A stretch of 64,000 nt of DNA from the human T2T-CHM13v2.0 reference genome, Homo sapiens. The stretch is taken from the NCBI RefSeq assembly GCF_009914755.1, contig NC_060927.1; one strand, 5' to 3'. The notes under the pieces were generated by a model. That model had not been told where the DNA came from. It did no database searches and saw only the letters and a list, made by a program, of their open reading frames with translations. A program made the position numbers and the translations under genes. Positions 41,041 through 57,900 of this stretch are shown piece after piece (positions within the stretch are counted from its first letter, which is position 1; each line of letters starts with the position of its first letter).

Positions 41041-41675
41041 CTGATCCCCTACTTTCATCTTACCTCCACTCTACCCCCCGACACAACAGGATTTTTCTCA
41101 ACACATCAGCTAAAGCAATTTTATTAAAACTTTAGTCAGGACTTGTTACCCCTTTACTTAAAACCCTCCAATGACTTCCCACCTCACTGTAAAAGCCACA
41201 GCACTAATAATAGCCTACAAGGCCATATACAATTTGCTTCCTGTTATCTCTGACCTCATATATTACTCTCCTTACCCCCTCCTCCCCAGCCTGCTAGCCT
41301 CCTTGATATTCCTTAAACACGCCAGACTCATTGCCAACTCAGAGCCCTTACAGTTTCTATTTTCTCTGCCTACAAAGCCTTCTCAGATATATGCATTTTT
41401 TTAGGTGTTTATTCAGATGCGTCAGTGAGGCCCTACCTGACCACCCTGTTTAAAACTGCATATTCTCCTTACCCCATCCTGCTTCATTTTCCCTCTGCAG
41501 CACTATACATGACACTGTATACTTGACTGATTTTGTTTATTACATCCCCAACACTAGAATGTAAGCTCCATGAGGGCAACTATTATTATTTGTTTTGTTG
41601 ACTGCTGTATTCCCAGAATAATGCCTGGCACATTAAGGGCTTAAGAGACATTTATTTGAATAAGTTAGTGAATCA
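41041..41675. mobile_element. L2 fragment
   Basis: ctagaatgtaagctccatgagggca...gcctggcacat...atttatttgaataa L2 3'-end motif. Confidence 0.75.
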
Positions 41676-42541
41676 CTTCTGAAAGCCATGGGGAGTTACT
41701 AGAGGATCTTAAGCCTTTTAGTTAAATCATCCTGACAACAGTGAGAAAAAGTGGTTGGAAGAGAAGCAGACAAAAGCCATAGAGAATATATAAAAAGCCA
41801 CTGCAAACATCAAGGCAACGTGTGATGGGAATTCAAATGAAGGCGGTGGCACTAGGAATCAAGAACATTAGATTGACACATGAAATAGTGAGGCAAAATG
41901 TATGAGTGGTTCCAAAACTGATCTACAAATTCAACACAAACCCTATCAAAAAACCAGCTGGCTTCTCTTGCAAAAACTGACATGCAGATCTTATTATTTA
42001 TATGGAAGTGCAAGAGACTCAGAGAGAAACCAAAACAATCTTGAACAAAGTTGGAAGACACACTTCTTGATTCTAAAATTTTACTATAAAGTTATAGTAA
42101 TCAAGACTGTGGTTCTGACATAAGGAAGGACATAGACAATACAATTGAGGATCCAAAAATAAATCCACACATTTACAGGCAACTGATTTTTAGCAAGGGT
42201 GCCAAGACATTCAGTGGGGAGAGAACCATCTTGTCAACAAATGGTGCAGGGACAATTGGATATCCACAGGTAAAAGAATTAATTTGGACCCCTATCTCAG
42301 GCATTATACAGAAACTAACCTAAACAAATCAAATACCAAACAATAATCTGAAACTATAAAACTCTTAGACACATAAGTAAAAATCTTCTGACATTGGATT
42401 AGGCAATGGTGTGATACCTGAAGTACAAGCAACAAGAGAAAAAAATAGATAAAATTGAACTTAATAAAAATTAAACTTGGCCAGGCGCGGTGGCCCACGC
42501 CTGTAATCCCAGCACTTTGGGAGGCCAAGGTGGGCAGATCA

Positions 42542-42874
<333 letters not shown>

Positions 42875-42877
42875 TCA

Positions 42878-43063
<186 letters not shown>

Positions 43064-43175
43064 CTATACAAAAAAATGAGGCAAGAGGACTGCTTGAGCC
43101 TAGGAGGTCGAGGCTGCAATGAGCTGTATCATGCCACTGCACACTCGCCTGGGTGATGGGAGTGAGACTCTGTCT

Positions 43176-43209
<34 letters not shown>

Positions 43210-44333
43210 AAAAAATGGGCATAAAACCTCCCAACAAAGAAAAGCCCAGGAACAAGATGACTTCACTGGAGAATTCTACCAAACATTTAAAAATTAACAC
43301 CAATCATCTTCAAACTCTTTCAAAAAAATTGAAGAACACTTCCAAACTCATTCTGTGAAGACAGCATTACTCTAATACCAAAGCCAAAGAGGCTGTAATA
43401 TAAGACTATAGGGCAATATCCCTGATGAATATTGGTGCAAACATTCTCAACAAAATAGTAGCAAATTATACATCATGAACAAGTGAAAGTTCTACCTGGA
43501 ATGAAAGAATGGTTCAACACAGAAAACTCAATCATCAAAATACACCACATTAACAGAATGAAAGACAAAAACCACACGATCACCTCAATTGATGCAGGAA
43601 AAAACATTTGACACGATTCAACACCCTTTCATGATTAAAACACTCAACAAGCTAAGAATAGAGGGAAAGTACATCAATATAATAAAGGTCCTATATGACA
43701 TACCCATCACTATACACAATGGTCAAAGAGAAAGTTTTTCCTCTAAGATCAGAAACAAGACAAGGATGCCAGTTTTCACCACTTCTATTCAACACAGTAC
43801 TGAAGTCCTAAGCAGAGGAATTAGGCAAGAAAACTAGATAAAGTCATTCAAATTGGAAAGGAAGAAATAAAATTATCTCTGCTCGCAGATGACATGATCT
43901 TATGTTAGAAAACCCTAAATAGTACACACACACACAGACTGTTTGAACTGTTAAGTTCAACAAAGTTACAGGATACAAAACCCACACACCAAAATTGTTT
44001 GCATTTGTATACACTGACAATGAACAATCCAAAAAGAAAATTAAGAAAGCAATTTACAATAGCCTCAATAAACAACAACAAAAACCCTAAGAATAAACCT
44101 AACCAAGGAAAAGAAATTGCTAAAAGGAATTTAAGAAGACAAATGCATGGAAAGACATTCTGTGTTCAAGACTGGAAGACTTTGTATTGTTAAGATGTCA
44201 ATACTATCCAAAGCAATCTACAGATTCAATGCAATCTCTATGAAAATGCCAATAGCATTTATTGTAAGAATGGAAAAATCCATCCTAAAATTCATATGGA
44301 ATATCAAGGGATTCTGAATAGCCAAAACAATTA

Positions 44334-44777
<444 letters not shown>

Positions 44778-45918
44778 TTAAACTTAAAAACTTTTGTGCA
44801 TCAATGAACACAATCAACAGATTGAAAGGCAATCTATGGAATAGGAAAATGTATTTATAAATCATATACAAGGGGTTAATATCCAGAATACATAAAGAAT
44901 GCCTACAACTCAACAACAACAAAAATATCAAATAACCTGAATTTTTTAAGGGGCAAAGGACTTGACATTTCTCCAAAAATGATATGCAAATGGCCAACAA
45001 GTATATGAAAAAGCGCTCAACATCACTAATAATCAGAGAAATGCAAATCAAAGTTACAATGAGATGTCACCTCATACCCATTAGGATGGCTACTGTCAAA
45101 ACAAGCAAACAAACAAGCAAACAAAAACAGAAAATAACAAATGTTTGAAAGGATGTGGAGAAGCTGAATCCCTTGTGCACTATTGGCAGGACTAAAATGG
45201 TGAAGCCACTGTGAAAAACAGTATGGCAGTTCCTTAACAAATGAAAAACAGAAATACCATATGATCCAACAATCCCACTTCTGGATATATACCAGAAGAA
45301 TTAAAAACAGAGTATCAAAGCGATATTTGCACATTCATGTTCATGGAAGCACTATTCATAATAGGCAAGAGATGAAAGCAACTCAATGTCCATCAAAGGA
45401 TAAATGGATACACACAATGTGGTATATACCTACAATGGAATATTATTCAATCATAAAAGTGAAGGAAATCCTATCACATGCATCAACATGAATGAATTTT
45501 GAGGACATTATGCTAAGTGAAGTCAGCCAATCACAAAAAGTACTATATGATTCTACTTATGTGAGGCATCGAAAGTAGTCAAATTTATAGAAAAATAATG
45601 CAGATTTGTGGTTACCTGGAGCCAAGGGGAGGGAAAAATGAGGAATTGTTTAATGGGAACAGAGTTTCAGTTTTGGAGGATGAAATAGTTCTGGATATCT
45701 GTTGTACAACAATGTGCAAATAACACTACTGACTGTAACTTAAAAATGGTTAAGATGGTAAATGTTATGCTTTTTACCACAATCAAAAAAATATTTAGGC
45801 TGGGTGCGGTGGCTCATACCTGTAATCCCAGCACTTTGGGAGGCCAAGGCAGGTGGATCGCCTGAGGTCGGGAGTTTCAGATCAACCTGACCAACATGGA
45901 GAAACCCCGTCTCTACTA

Positions 45919-46607
<689 letters not shown>

Positions 46608-47055
46608 TTAATCAAAAAGATAGACAATAACAAGTGTTGCTGAGGATGTGGAGAAATTGGAACCCTCATACTCTACAGGTAGGAATGTAAACTGGTACAA
46701 CTGCTTTGGAAAATAGTTTCGCCGTTCCTCATTTGAAAGTTAAACACAGAATTACGATACGACTCAGCACTTCCAATCCTAGGCATATACCTAAAAGAAG
46801 TGAAAACAGATACTCAAGCAAATACTTGTACATGAATGTGCATAGCACCATTACTCAATATAACAGTAAAAAAAATGCAAATCTGGCCAGGCGTGGTGCT
46901 CATGCCTGTAATCCCAGCACTTCGGGAGGCCGATGGGTGGATCATCTGAGGTCAGAAGTTTGAGACCAGCCTTGCCAACATGGTAAAACCCTGTCTCTAT
47001 TAAAAAAAAAAAATAGCCTGGCATAGTGGTGGGTGCCTGTAATCTCAGCTACTCA

Positions 47056-47190
<135 letters not shown>

Positions 47191-48674
47191 TCAACTGATG
47201 AATATATAAACAAAATATATATCCATACAATAACATTATTCAGTCATATAAAAGAATACTGATATATCCTACAATACCCGTAAACCTTGAAAACATCGTG
47301 CTAAGTGAAAGAAGCCAATTACAAGAGGCCACATATTGAATGATTCCATTTATGTGAAATATCTAAGATAGGCAAATCTATAGAGAAAGTATTTTAGTGG
47401 TTGTCAGGGACTAGAAGGAGGTGATAATGAGGAGTGACAGCTAATGGGTACAGAGTTTCTTTTTGGGGTGATAAAAATGTTCTGGAATTAGATAGTACTG
47501 ACCATTGTACAATCTTGTGAAAATAGTAAAAGCCATTGAATTGTACACTATAAAGGGGTGAATTTTATGTGAATTATACCTCAATTAAAAATATTAGCAA
47601 ACCCAATTCAGCAGCATATAAAAAGGATTATATACCATGATCAAGTGCTATTTGCCCCAGGAATGCAGGGTTGGTTTAACATCCAAAAATCAAAGTGATA
47701 TAACATATTAATAAAGAACAAAAACCACATGATTATCTCATACACAAATAGCATGTGATAAAAAAATAGCATGTGACAAAAATTCAACACCCATTCATGA
47801 TAAAAATCCTCAACAAAGGCTTAAAAGAGAATGTACAGCTAATATCATACTTAATAATGGAAAAACTTAATGTTTTCCCCCTAACACTGGAAAAAAGGCA
47901 AAAGTGACATCTTCACCACTTCTATTCAACATTGTACTAGCTAATGCAATAAGACAATAAAAAATAATTAAAGGCACATTGATTACAAATGAAGAATTCA
48001 GCTGTCTATTCACAGATTATATAATCTTGTACATAGTAAATCTTAAGAAATCAAACAACTATTAGAACTAATAAAAGTGTGTAGCACAGTTCCAGGATCC
48101 AAGATCAATATATGAAAATTTACTTTAGTTATGCACACTAGAAACAAAACAAAACATAAAACTAAAAAAACAAGTTTGCAACGCATCAAAAAGAATACTT
48201 AAGGCCAGGCGCGGTGGCTCACACTTATAATCTCAGCACTTTGGGAGGCCGAGGCGGGCGGATCATGAGGTCAGAAGATCGAGACCATCCTGGCCAACAT
48301 GGTGAAACCCCATCTCTACTAAAAATACAAAAATTAGCTGGGCATGGTGGTGCATGCCTGTAATCCCTGCTACTCGGGAGGCTGAGGCAGGAGAATCGAC
48401 TGAACCAGGGGAACTGGAGGTTGCAGTGAGCTGAGATCACACCACTGCACTCCAGCCTGGGTGACAGAGCGAGACTCCATCTCAAAAAAAAAAAAAAAAA
48501 AAAAGAATACTTAAAAAAATAAATTAAACCAAAGTACAATACCTGCAAACAGAACATCATAAAACTGCTTAGGAAAATTGAACATCTAAATAAATGACAT
48601 CCTGTGTTTCTGGATTGGAGGACTCAATATTCTTAAAATGGCAATCCCCCTCAAATTAATCTATAGATTTAATG

Positions 48675-48880
48675 TAAGATTTCTAACCCTTGGCATTATT
48701 GACACTTAGGACAACTCTTTGTTATATGGAGCCATCCTGTGCATTAAAAAATGTTTAGCAACATCCTCGGCCCCACTAGATGCCAGTAGCTCCACCCTAC
48801 TCTAGTTGTAATAAAAAATGTCTCCAGACATTGCCAAATGTCCCTTCGGGGCAAATCTGCCCCTGATTGAGAACCATTCA
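48675..48880. mobile_element. MER20 (hAT-Charlie) remnant
   Basis: cccactagatgccagtagc...aaaaatgtctccagacattgccaaatgtccc...ttgagaacca. Confidence 0.85.
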
Positions 48881-50974
48881 ACAGTGGTTACAATCTCCAT
48901 CAAATTCCCAGCAGGACTTTTTAAAAAAGTTTTTGGGTTTTTGTTGTTGTCGTTTTCTAAGAAAAACTGATACTAAAATTCGTACATAGAGGCCGTAGAG
49001 GCCTGGCATGGTGGCTCACACCTGTAATCCCAGCACTTGGGGAGACTGAGGCGGACAGATCACTTGAGGCCAGCAGTTCAAGACCAGCCTGACCAACATG
49101 AAAAAAACCCATTTCTACTAAAAGTACAAAAACTAGCTGGGTGTGGTGGTGGGTATCTGTAGTCCCAGCTACTCAGGAGGCTGAGGTGGGAGAATCACTT
49201 GAACCCAGGAAGCAGAGGTTGCAGTGAGCCAAGATCACGCTATTGTACTCCAGCCTGGGTGACAGAGTAAGACTCTGTCTCAAAAAAATATAATAATAAT
49301 AATAATCAAATGCAAGTATCAAGGACCTAAAATGATCAAAAATTTCATAAAATCACAAAGTTGGAGAACTGAAAGCACTGATGTGAAAACATAAAGCTCT
49401 GGCAGCCAAGGCAGTGTGCCATAGGTTTAAGATTTGACCTCGAAATCCATGGAAAAGAAGGGAGCCCAGAAATAAACCCACACACACGGGCAACTGATTT
49501 TGACAAAGGTACCAAGATAATTAAGTGGGGAAAGGATAGTCTTTTTAATGGATAGTACTGGAAAAACTGGATATCTTTTTGTAAAAAAAATAAAGAAGAA
49601 CCTAGACCGTTACTTCACATACCACATGTATAAATTAACTCAAATCCAATGAGAAACCTAAAATGAAGACCTACAAATATAAAACTTATAGAGAAAATAA
49701 GGACGGACCCAGTGGCTCGCACCTGTACTCCCAGCACTTTGGGGGACTAAGGCAAGAGGATGGCTTCAGCCTAGCAGTTCAAGACCAGTATGGCCAACAT
49801 AGTGAGACCCCATCTCTATGAAAACTTTACAAATTATCTACATGTGGTGGCACATGCCTGTAGTCCTGCCTACTAGGAGGCTGAGATGGGAAAATCACTC
49901 GAGCCTAGGAGGTTGAGGCTGCAGTGAGCCATGACTGCACCACTGCACTCCTGCCTGATAGAGCAAGACCCTGTCTCAAAAAAAAACACGATTAAGAAAA
50001 TGAAAAGACAAGCCACCAACCAGGAAAAAGTAAATACAAAATATATATCTAAGATTTGATCCAGAATATATTTTTTAAATCTTTTATAACCCAATAAAAA
50101 GAAGACATATTCTAAGACAGCACTTGAGTTAATATCCTCAAGGATCTCTCAGTATAAAAATGGGTGTTTTTTATAACAGAGCAACTGCAGCAAACAGACC
50201 AGGTCCTCTGCTATCTCAAAATACTTTGAATAAAGTTATCCATAAAGCACTGATATGTCCTACCTCCCCATCAGGAGGAACGTTGGCAGGTAACAGAAAC
50301 ATGGGATCCTGCTAACCACAGCTAATAGGCACAGAAGCCAGCCTGTTCTAGTCACAGGCTAACAGTTTCAAAAGGGATCCATCTTTTTGGTGGATTGTCA
50401 TTTTACAGAAGACTTCTTCAAATTGAACAGAATCAAAGTGCTCATCAAAACGGGGATATCATGCTGAACCAATTACTACTTAAACATGCAATTGGCAATG
50501 GGAAATAGGTTGTGATCTCTGAAGAGATAAGGCTCTACCAGAAAAGATTAAACAGTCATCAGAGAAGATCCTGCCTATCAGAGCTTTAATAGCTAAACTG
50601 ATAATTTGGATTTAGAACTTGAATTCCTTCCTACGCAACTTTGGGAACTTGCCTTCAAAGGCACATCCTGGCACTGGTGTCTTTAGACCAATGGACAGAC
50701 TCTTCCTAGGCCTGGTTAAAGAGGAAGACATTCTCCAAAGCAGTTATACAAATTTACCGGGATCTCTCACTCTGAAGTAAATGTACAAATCAAACAGACT
50801 CTCTGAGAGGAGCTGGCAATAACGCATAAATTAGCTTTTAGGAAACATTTTAAAGTAACCACTTTCTCAATCACTCTCCCTCTAGAAATAAATATAAAAT
50901 CTTTCCTGAAATGAATGTAAACGTTGACTTTCACTTATAGAATGGAACACACTTCAAGTTCTATAAACGTTAAA

Positions 50975-51405
50975 TGAAACCTACAGCAGGCCATGGATTT
51001 GGACTGAGCTCCTGCATTATACCCAACAGACCAAACCGAAATGAAGTCACTCATGCTAAAGTTCCAGGCCACCAAACCAAAACTAAGTTGTTTATCTGAG
51101 CTTCTGATAAATCAGGAGAGAGAGATAACAGCCAAATCTCCAAACAGGCCAGTTTTAGCCTGCATGATGAGAAAGTCCCCTCTATTTTACCCTTACAAGG
51201 GAAGTAACCTGAAGTAACCTAATGTTAACCAACTGCATTTTGTATTATGCTGTTTCTTTGCTCCTGCTCAAGATACCTTATAAAAACTGACTGTTCTTCC
51301 ATGCCCAGTGTAGATTTTTAGATAAGATGCTGCCCAATTCATAAATTGTGAATAAACGCCAATTAGATCATTTAACATTTCAAATTTATTGATATTTTTT
51401 TCACA
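50975..51405 (+). mobile_element. Solo ERV1 (MER4-group-like) LTR, family not determined
   Basis: gactgagctcctgca...caacagaccaaaccgaaatgaagtcactcatgctaaag; TATA-like ttataaaaa at ~51278 and AATAAA at ~51351. Confidence 0.6.
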
Positions 51406-52329
51406 GATATAAATATCAAGGGTTACTTCTCTCTAGAAAGACCCACAGCTCATCAGCTCAAGCAAGTTAGTGAACAAGGAACTGGCTACAGCTAGGAAAC
51501 CTGATCCAGCTACCTAAATCCAGGGGAAGAGAGTTATACAGATTTATTCCAGCTATGATAGGGTTGGTCTAAAGAACACATCCTCCCTTGAGTAAAGTCA
51601 TAGCACTATTAAAAGTTAAGGGAAGAAAGTAGGCCAGGGAGTGCTCAAAGTGAAAAAATCAAAGGAAACAATTCTATTCCATCTGAATTCAGGCTTCCCA
51701 AATTCTTCTGTCAGCTAGGTAGGGTATCAATACTTCATGTCATTATTTTCCCCCCGATAAGGATAGCACACAGAAACTACCAACCTATTCTCCCTCGCAG
51801 CTTAGTAGAGGTACAACAAGGAGGCCCAAAAACTGCCTGTATCCAGCTAAGCGTGGGCTGGGCAGTAACTCTCTCAGACAGGAATGCTATGCAGAGCAGC
51901 CCCTTCACACACTCCTGCTAGTAAGAAAATATTGCAAAGTTACAGTCTGCTTGGCCTTAAACTACTTTCAAAAACCACTGAAAACATATTCCCTACACAC
52001 TCCTTCCAGACATGACAAAAGTAGTATACTTGTATCTTCAATATTATTAGCTGGATTTTCTACTTATTTACCAAGTTCCATTCATCAAAAATTAATAGAA
52101 GGTGCAGTGTTTCCTGTTTTTAAATGGGGAAATTTTGAAGAGGGAAAATTTACAGCTACATGTGTATGAAATAGAAATGCAACAATCCTATGTGTAATCA
52201 GTTCTCTCTCCAAAATCAGATAAAATGGGGAACTATGTATTTTCCTGATGCTTTCAAAGAACGTATTATGAAGTTCCACTGTACTGTCTTTAGATATGCA
52301 TGCCTATATTTAATTTTTAAAATCACTAT

Positions 52330-53180
52330 GGACATGTAATTCATATGCCATAAGACTGTCTTAAAATTTTTAATATATTCACAAAGTAGTACAATCATCA
52401 CCACTAATTCTAGAACATTTTAATCATTCCAAAAAGAAACTTGTATCTATTAGTTCTCACTTTGTATTCTCCACCTCCAACCCTAGCCCCTGGCAACCGC
52501 TAATCTTTCTCTCTATAGATTTGCCTATTCTGGATGTGTCATACAAATGGAATAGTACAATGTGTGCCCTTTTGTGACTGGCTTAACTGAGCATAATGTT
52601 TTCAAGATTTATGCACGTTGCAGCATGTATCAGTACTTCCCTCATTCCTTTTTACTGCCAAATATTATTCCACTGAATGACTATTAAGATTGCACTTATC
52701 CAGTCATGAGTTAATGGACATGTAATGGGTTGTTTACAATTTTTGGCAATTATGAATGCTGTAAATACACACAAATTTTTATATGAACATGTTTCCAATC
52801 CTCTGGAGTATATAACTAGGAGAATTGCTGGTCATATCCTAACTCTGTTTAACTATTAAATGAGGAATAGCCAAACTGTCTGCCAAAGCAGCTGCACCGG
52901 TTTGCAGTCCTATCAGCAACTTACAGATGACCCAGGGGCTCCACATCCTCAGCAACACTTGTCACTGTTTATCTTTCTGATTAAAGCAATCCTAGCAGGC
53001 AGGAAGTGGTATCTCATTGTGGTTTTGATTTGCATTTCCCTAATGGCTAATGATATTGAGCATCTTTTCACACCCTTAGTGACCATTTGTATATCTTCTT
53101 TGGAGAAATGTCCATTCAAATCCTTGGCTCAATTATAAATTGGGTTGTTTTTTCATTAAGTTGTAAGAGTTCCGGATACA
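52330..53180 (-). mobile_element. L1MB-like 3' fragment
   Basis: gtggtatctcattgtggttttgatttgcatttccctaatggctaatgatattgagcatctttt. Confidence 0.85.
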
Positions 53181-54259
53181 AGTCACGATGTATTTTTAAG
53201 TTAAAGGAAAATCTGTTGATATAATAGCTTCTTATATACTACATTAACTTGAAAAATATATTCGTTAGAATTTTTTTATTAAGTACATCAAAATTTCACC
53301 TTACATTTGAAATTGCATAGAAATTTAAAGTGCTAAAGCAATCATTGTTTTTTCAAAAAAATGAATTTGAAGCCAAAGAGTGGAGAGTGTGGGGATCCAC
53401 TGGGTAGGACATTTGAGATGTATGCAATGTAGGAATCTTATTTGAATCCTGACTTGAATTGGAAAAAAAAAAAAAAAGGCACAACTTGAACACTGCTGGG
53501 TAGTTATTAACACTAACAAACTGTTAACAGTTAAGTCTAACAACAGAATTGTGGTTTTATTTAACAGTCCTTATCTTTTAGACATACATATTGAAATATT
53601 TACAAATGAAATGATTTGCTATCTGGGATTTGCTTCAAAATAAATAGGGGTTCAAAGATGAATGGCATTTAGATAAATCAAGATTGGCCATGGATTGATC
53701 ATGTTAACATGAGTTCATTATGCAATTGTCCTTTTACATATACCTGACATACGCCATTAATTTTTTAAAAAGCACTCACTCCGATGTCTCCTATGTATAA
53801 GAACACAGGCAGCTGGCAGCAACTAAATGGTATCAACTAAATTTTTATAAATTCCAAGAGTCGTTAATTCTCAGCTATCTCAAAAGTAAAATCTCTGGGA
53901 AACTTAATATTAAGACAGTAACTATCTGCACACAGTAATCTGTACAAAGTTTAATTACCACCACCAGTCAGTCATAGGCTAGTCGAGTAGCTGTATCAAC
54001 CTTGGTACAAACAATAACAGAGCCAAAGCACCAGCCATCAGCACCACTCTTCGCTGACACATTTCTTCTCACCAGAGATCACTGAGGGACTGGAACCCCC
54101 ACTGGAAGTATTATTATTACCCTCACTGACTACAGAAAATACTACCTCCAAGAGAGTACATGTCTACTAGAGTAACTAATTTTACAGCAATCGCTGAGGC
54201 CACTTGAAACTCACTCAAACTGCACATCCAATCGATACACGAGTTGGGATGCCTAGGTA

Positions 54260-54955
54260 TAACTCACACACATAAAGTAAATACCCGCCAGGATGGCTGC
54301 AATAAAAAAGACAAGTATTGGCAAGGATGTGCAGACACGGCAGTCCGCATGCACTGTGGCAGGAATAGTTCTAGAAGTACAGCCACTTTGGAAAAAGTTC
54401 AGCAGTTTTTTTAAAAACGTTAGGTATAAATTTACCACACAACCTGACAATTCCACAACTAGGAATCTGAGATGAAAACATGTCCACACAAAGACATTTA
54501 TGAATGTTCATAGCATTATTATTCGCAATTTAAAAAAACTAATTGTAGGCCAGCCAAATGTCTATCAACTGGTGAATGGATAAACAAAATGTGGTATATC
54601 CAAACAGTGAACACTAAGTCAGCAACTAAAGGAACTACACGCAGGTATAAGCTGCAACATGGATGAACCTCAAAAACATGCTAAGTGAAAGATGCCAGAT
54701 ATAAAAGACTAACTGCATGATTCTACCTCTGTGAAATTTCTAGAAAGGGTAAATCTGTACAGAAAGCAGATCAGTGTGGCTGCGTGGGGCTGGAGGCAGG
54801 AGCAAATTAACCGCAGAGCAGCAGGAGTAAATTTTGGGGGCTGATGGACATGTTCTAAAATTGGACTGCACAACTCTTAAGTTTACTAAAAACAATTAAT
54901 TGTACATGTACAATGGGTGAATTTTACAGTGTGTAAATTATACAAAGCAATTTTT
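54260..54955 (+). mobile_element. L1M 3' fragment
   Basis: tgaatggataaacaaaatgtggtatatcc...gcaacatggatgaacctcaaaaacatgctaagtgaaaga. Confidence 0.8.
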
Positions 54956-54999
54956 TAAGTACCATTGTAACAAAGTCTTACAAATCACTATTTTAAAGC

Positions 55000-57900
55000 T
55001 CTGGTTCATAGTTCGTTCATTTGATATATTCAACACAACGAAGTCTAATATACTATTAGGATTAAGAACATTAGCATTTGCTTGAAAACTAAACACGCTG
55101 CTTTCAAAGGATTCCAAGTACACCCATCTCTAAATCTTACTGATTAAATATTGCTCTTTTAGCTATAAGTCATGTAATTATGTGACAAAATCACTGTTAA
55201 CGATTTAATTAGCATTGTCCCTTAGCCATTTCATTAATTGGTCTTCCCCCAACCTTATGCCCTATAGTATTTCTTTTTGTAAAAATCTCTTGCTTGGTAT
55301 TGGGTATTGCCCAAGTTTTCCATCAGATATAAGGTTTTCTCAGAATATTTCATAACCTGAAATAAAATTATAATATTCATATGAACATGCATTTGAATAT
55401 ATATGTACTTTTTAAATATAAAATGAGTATGTTCCGTTTGTTTGCTCATTAAGCCACTTACATGCTGCCCCTAAGTTTCAAACACTTCATTGTTTCCAAT
55501 CAGGCTTTGTTTTTACGATGTGGGTTGAAAATTCTTCTTTTCAAAGCAGTGCTGCCTTCAGTGATTAAGCTGGCATGAATTTCAGTCTGACTCCATTTCT
55601 TTCCATTCCGCTGACAGATATGCCAAAGAGGTAACAGTCCCTCTAAAGCCAATCATTAAAAAAAATTTTTTTAACTGAGTATTTTTCCCCAAACCAAATC
55701 GAATATGAAACACTAACAGCCTACAACAGATAAAAGTAGAATGTCATAAAGGAAGTGGGAAAGGGCCTGCCTGCTATGGCCCTACCTCATGAAGGACAGC
55801 AGCCCCAAGTTACAGCTTCAAGACCAATGCTCTGAAGTATTACAAGCTACATTATGATTTCTGCACAGCATGATGGCAAAAAATAAAAAAGAAAACAATC
55901 ATGAAGCACTTGTAAGTAAATAGAAAATTGGGCTATACTTAAAAACACTTTTAAAATCTCAATTTAAAAAATGGACAACTATAACATGATTCCCTTTAAA
56001 TAATTTCCCTTTAAAACTCCATAAAGACATTACTTATTGAGAATTCCACTAACTACAAAGGCTGTGCATCTTTTACCATAACTTCCTTATTTGTGACAGA
56101 TTTTTCAAAATCAACCAAAGGAAAATAAAAAAACACATTAATAGGAAACACTGAACCTAGTCAAATAAATGAGTTGGTGAGCAAGAAATGCTACTTACTC
56201 AACAGGTAGGAAAGAAAATAAGATAGCAAGAATGCTCTGATAAAATCATTTATGTAACTATGAGTTTGAAAAAACAGCACTATTTGCCTCCAGAAATCGG
56301 GTACAAATAAAGCAAATATTTAAGAAAAATGGCAACAAATAGCAAAGATAAACCTGGAAAAGGGCATTTGTACTATTAGGAACTTTCTCATTTATCTTAA
56401 CTACAAAATATACACCCCTTTCCCTCAGAAATCAAAGATAAAGGTGTCATGATAAATAACTTCACCACAGTCCTATGAAATAAAAATAGAAATTATTGCT
56501 ATATTATGATTGTAAAAATGGAGGCAATAAAGAGTTCAGAAATATACTCATTTATAATCAATTAAATGATGAGTCATAATTTGAACCCTAATTATCACAT
56601 TATGTAGAAATCACAATTCAGGTTTTGTGTCCCCATTTATATGTTAAATAGTTCACATTTAAAAAAACATTTTATCATTACATTATCAAATTTGATAAAA
56701 TCTTATGAAAACATCTAAGTATTCAATATAAATCATACTGTTAAAAGTATAAGGTAACATTAAAACTGCTGAGGTGCCAGATAAGTATTTTCTGTTAAAT
56801 ATACACAATTTAACATTTAAAACTACATAAATTAATTCTTGCTAAAAGTTGATTCAGTTTTACAAAGGCATACTTTGTGAACCATGGTGAATTTCCCCAG
56901 CACCACTTTTTTATTCCAAAACTCCTTCGATTAGGTTTAACTTTCTCCTGTCATTCATATGTGAAAATTACAGAAGGTTTACAATACGTAGTCTTAATAG
57001 TAACATGTTTAAAAACCTAAGCAAAGTGTACATTAAGTTAGCTACTACTACTCACTTCTTGATTATCATCAAATAAAAAATAAATGAACACTTCATTCAT
57101 TTAAGTCTGAGGAAAAAATAGTGTACCTTGCTTAAATAAGAATTCCCCAGTAAAGATATTACGTAAAGGATTTCTCATGTTATTTTGTTGAGTAAATTTA
57201 CTTTCTCTCATTAAAACTTTTTAAAAGTCTAAGGAAGGACATGTACTTATAATGCCATATTACGCAAGTACAGTATTGTTAATAAAGCAGCCCAGTATAG
57301 TTGTAAACATCTTAAATGTAGTAAACAAGACTTGGCATGTCTTTTCTCCCCAAAACATGCCATTACAATGCTCTTTCCATGAATAATTATTCTTCCTAGA
57401 AAAGTTTTCAGGTATATTTTAAATCTATAAAAAAAATACACTGAAATATGTGAAAAGATTTAGTCATGGCAATTTCACTGCAGCTTTTATTGCCTCTGTT
57501 GGTAATATGACAGGGACTGTAAGAAACACAATTGAACTTACAGAGATATGCAGATGATATTCACTAAAGATAATCTTCATCTCAAGTATTTTTTATATGT
57601 GGGCACTTCTAATTTTATACATTTTTCTATTTAAAAAGCATTACATTTTAAAATTTGTACCTGTTTTGACATTTGGCAAAAAGGAAACTGTACCTATGGT
57701 TCAGTTTAAAACAAAGAATCAGCATGGGGAGTTTACCGGAATGAGGACTGAAACACTTAGGAGTTAAAGCAATTCAAGGGGCGTGTGTGTGTCTCTCCCT
57801 TTCTCTGTCAATCTCTCTCACTCTCTCTGGCTCTCTCACAGACACAGACTCAAACACACACAGCCATATGTGTAATCATTTTTTAGTACAAAATATTCCC

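Noticed and set aside
50105-50930. Possible processed pseudogene
   Set aside because: Partial hand translation showed no sustained frame or recognisable protein, and there is no poly-A tail or TSD
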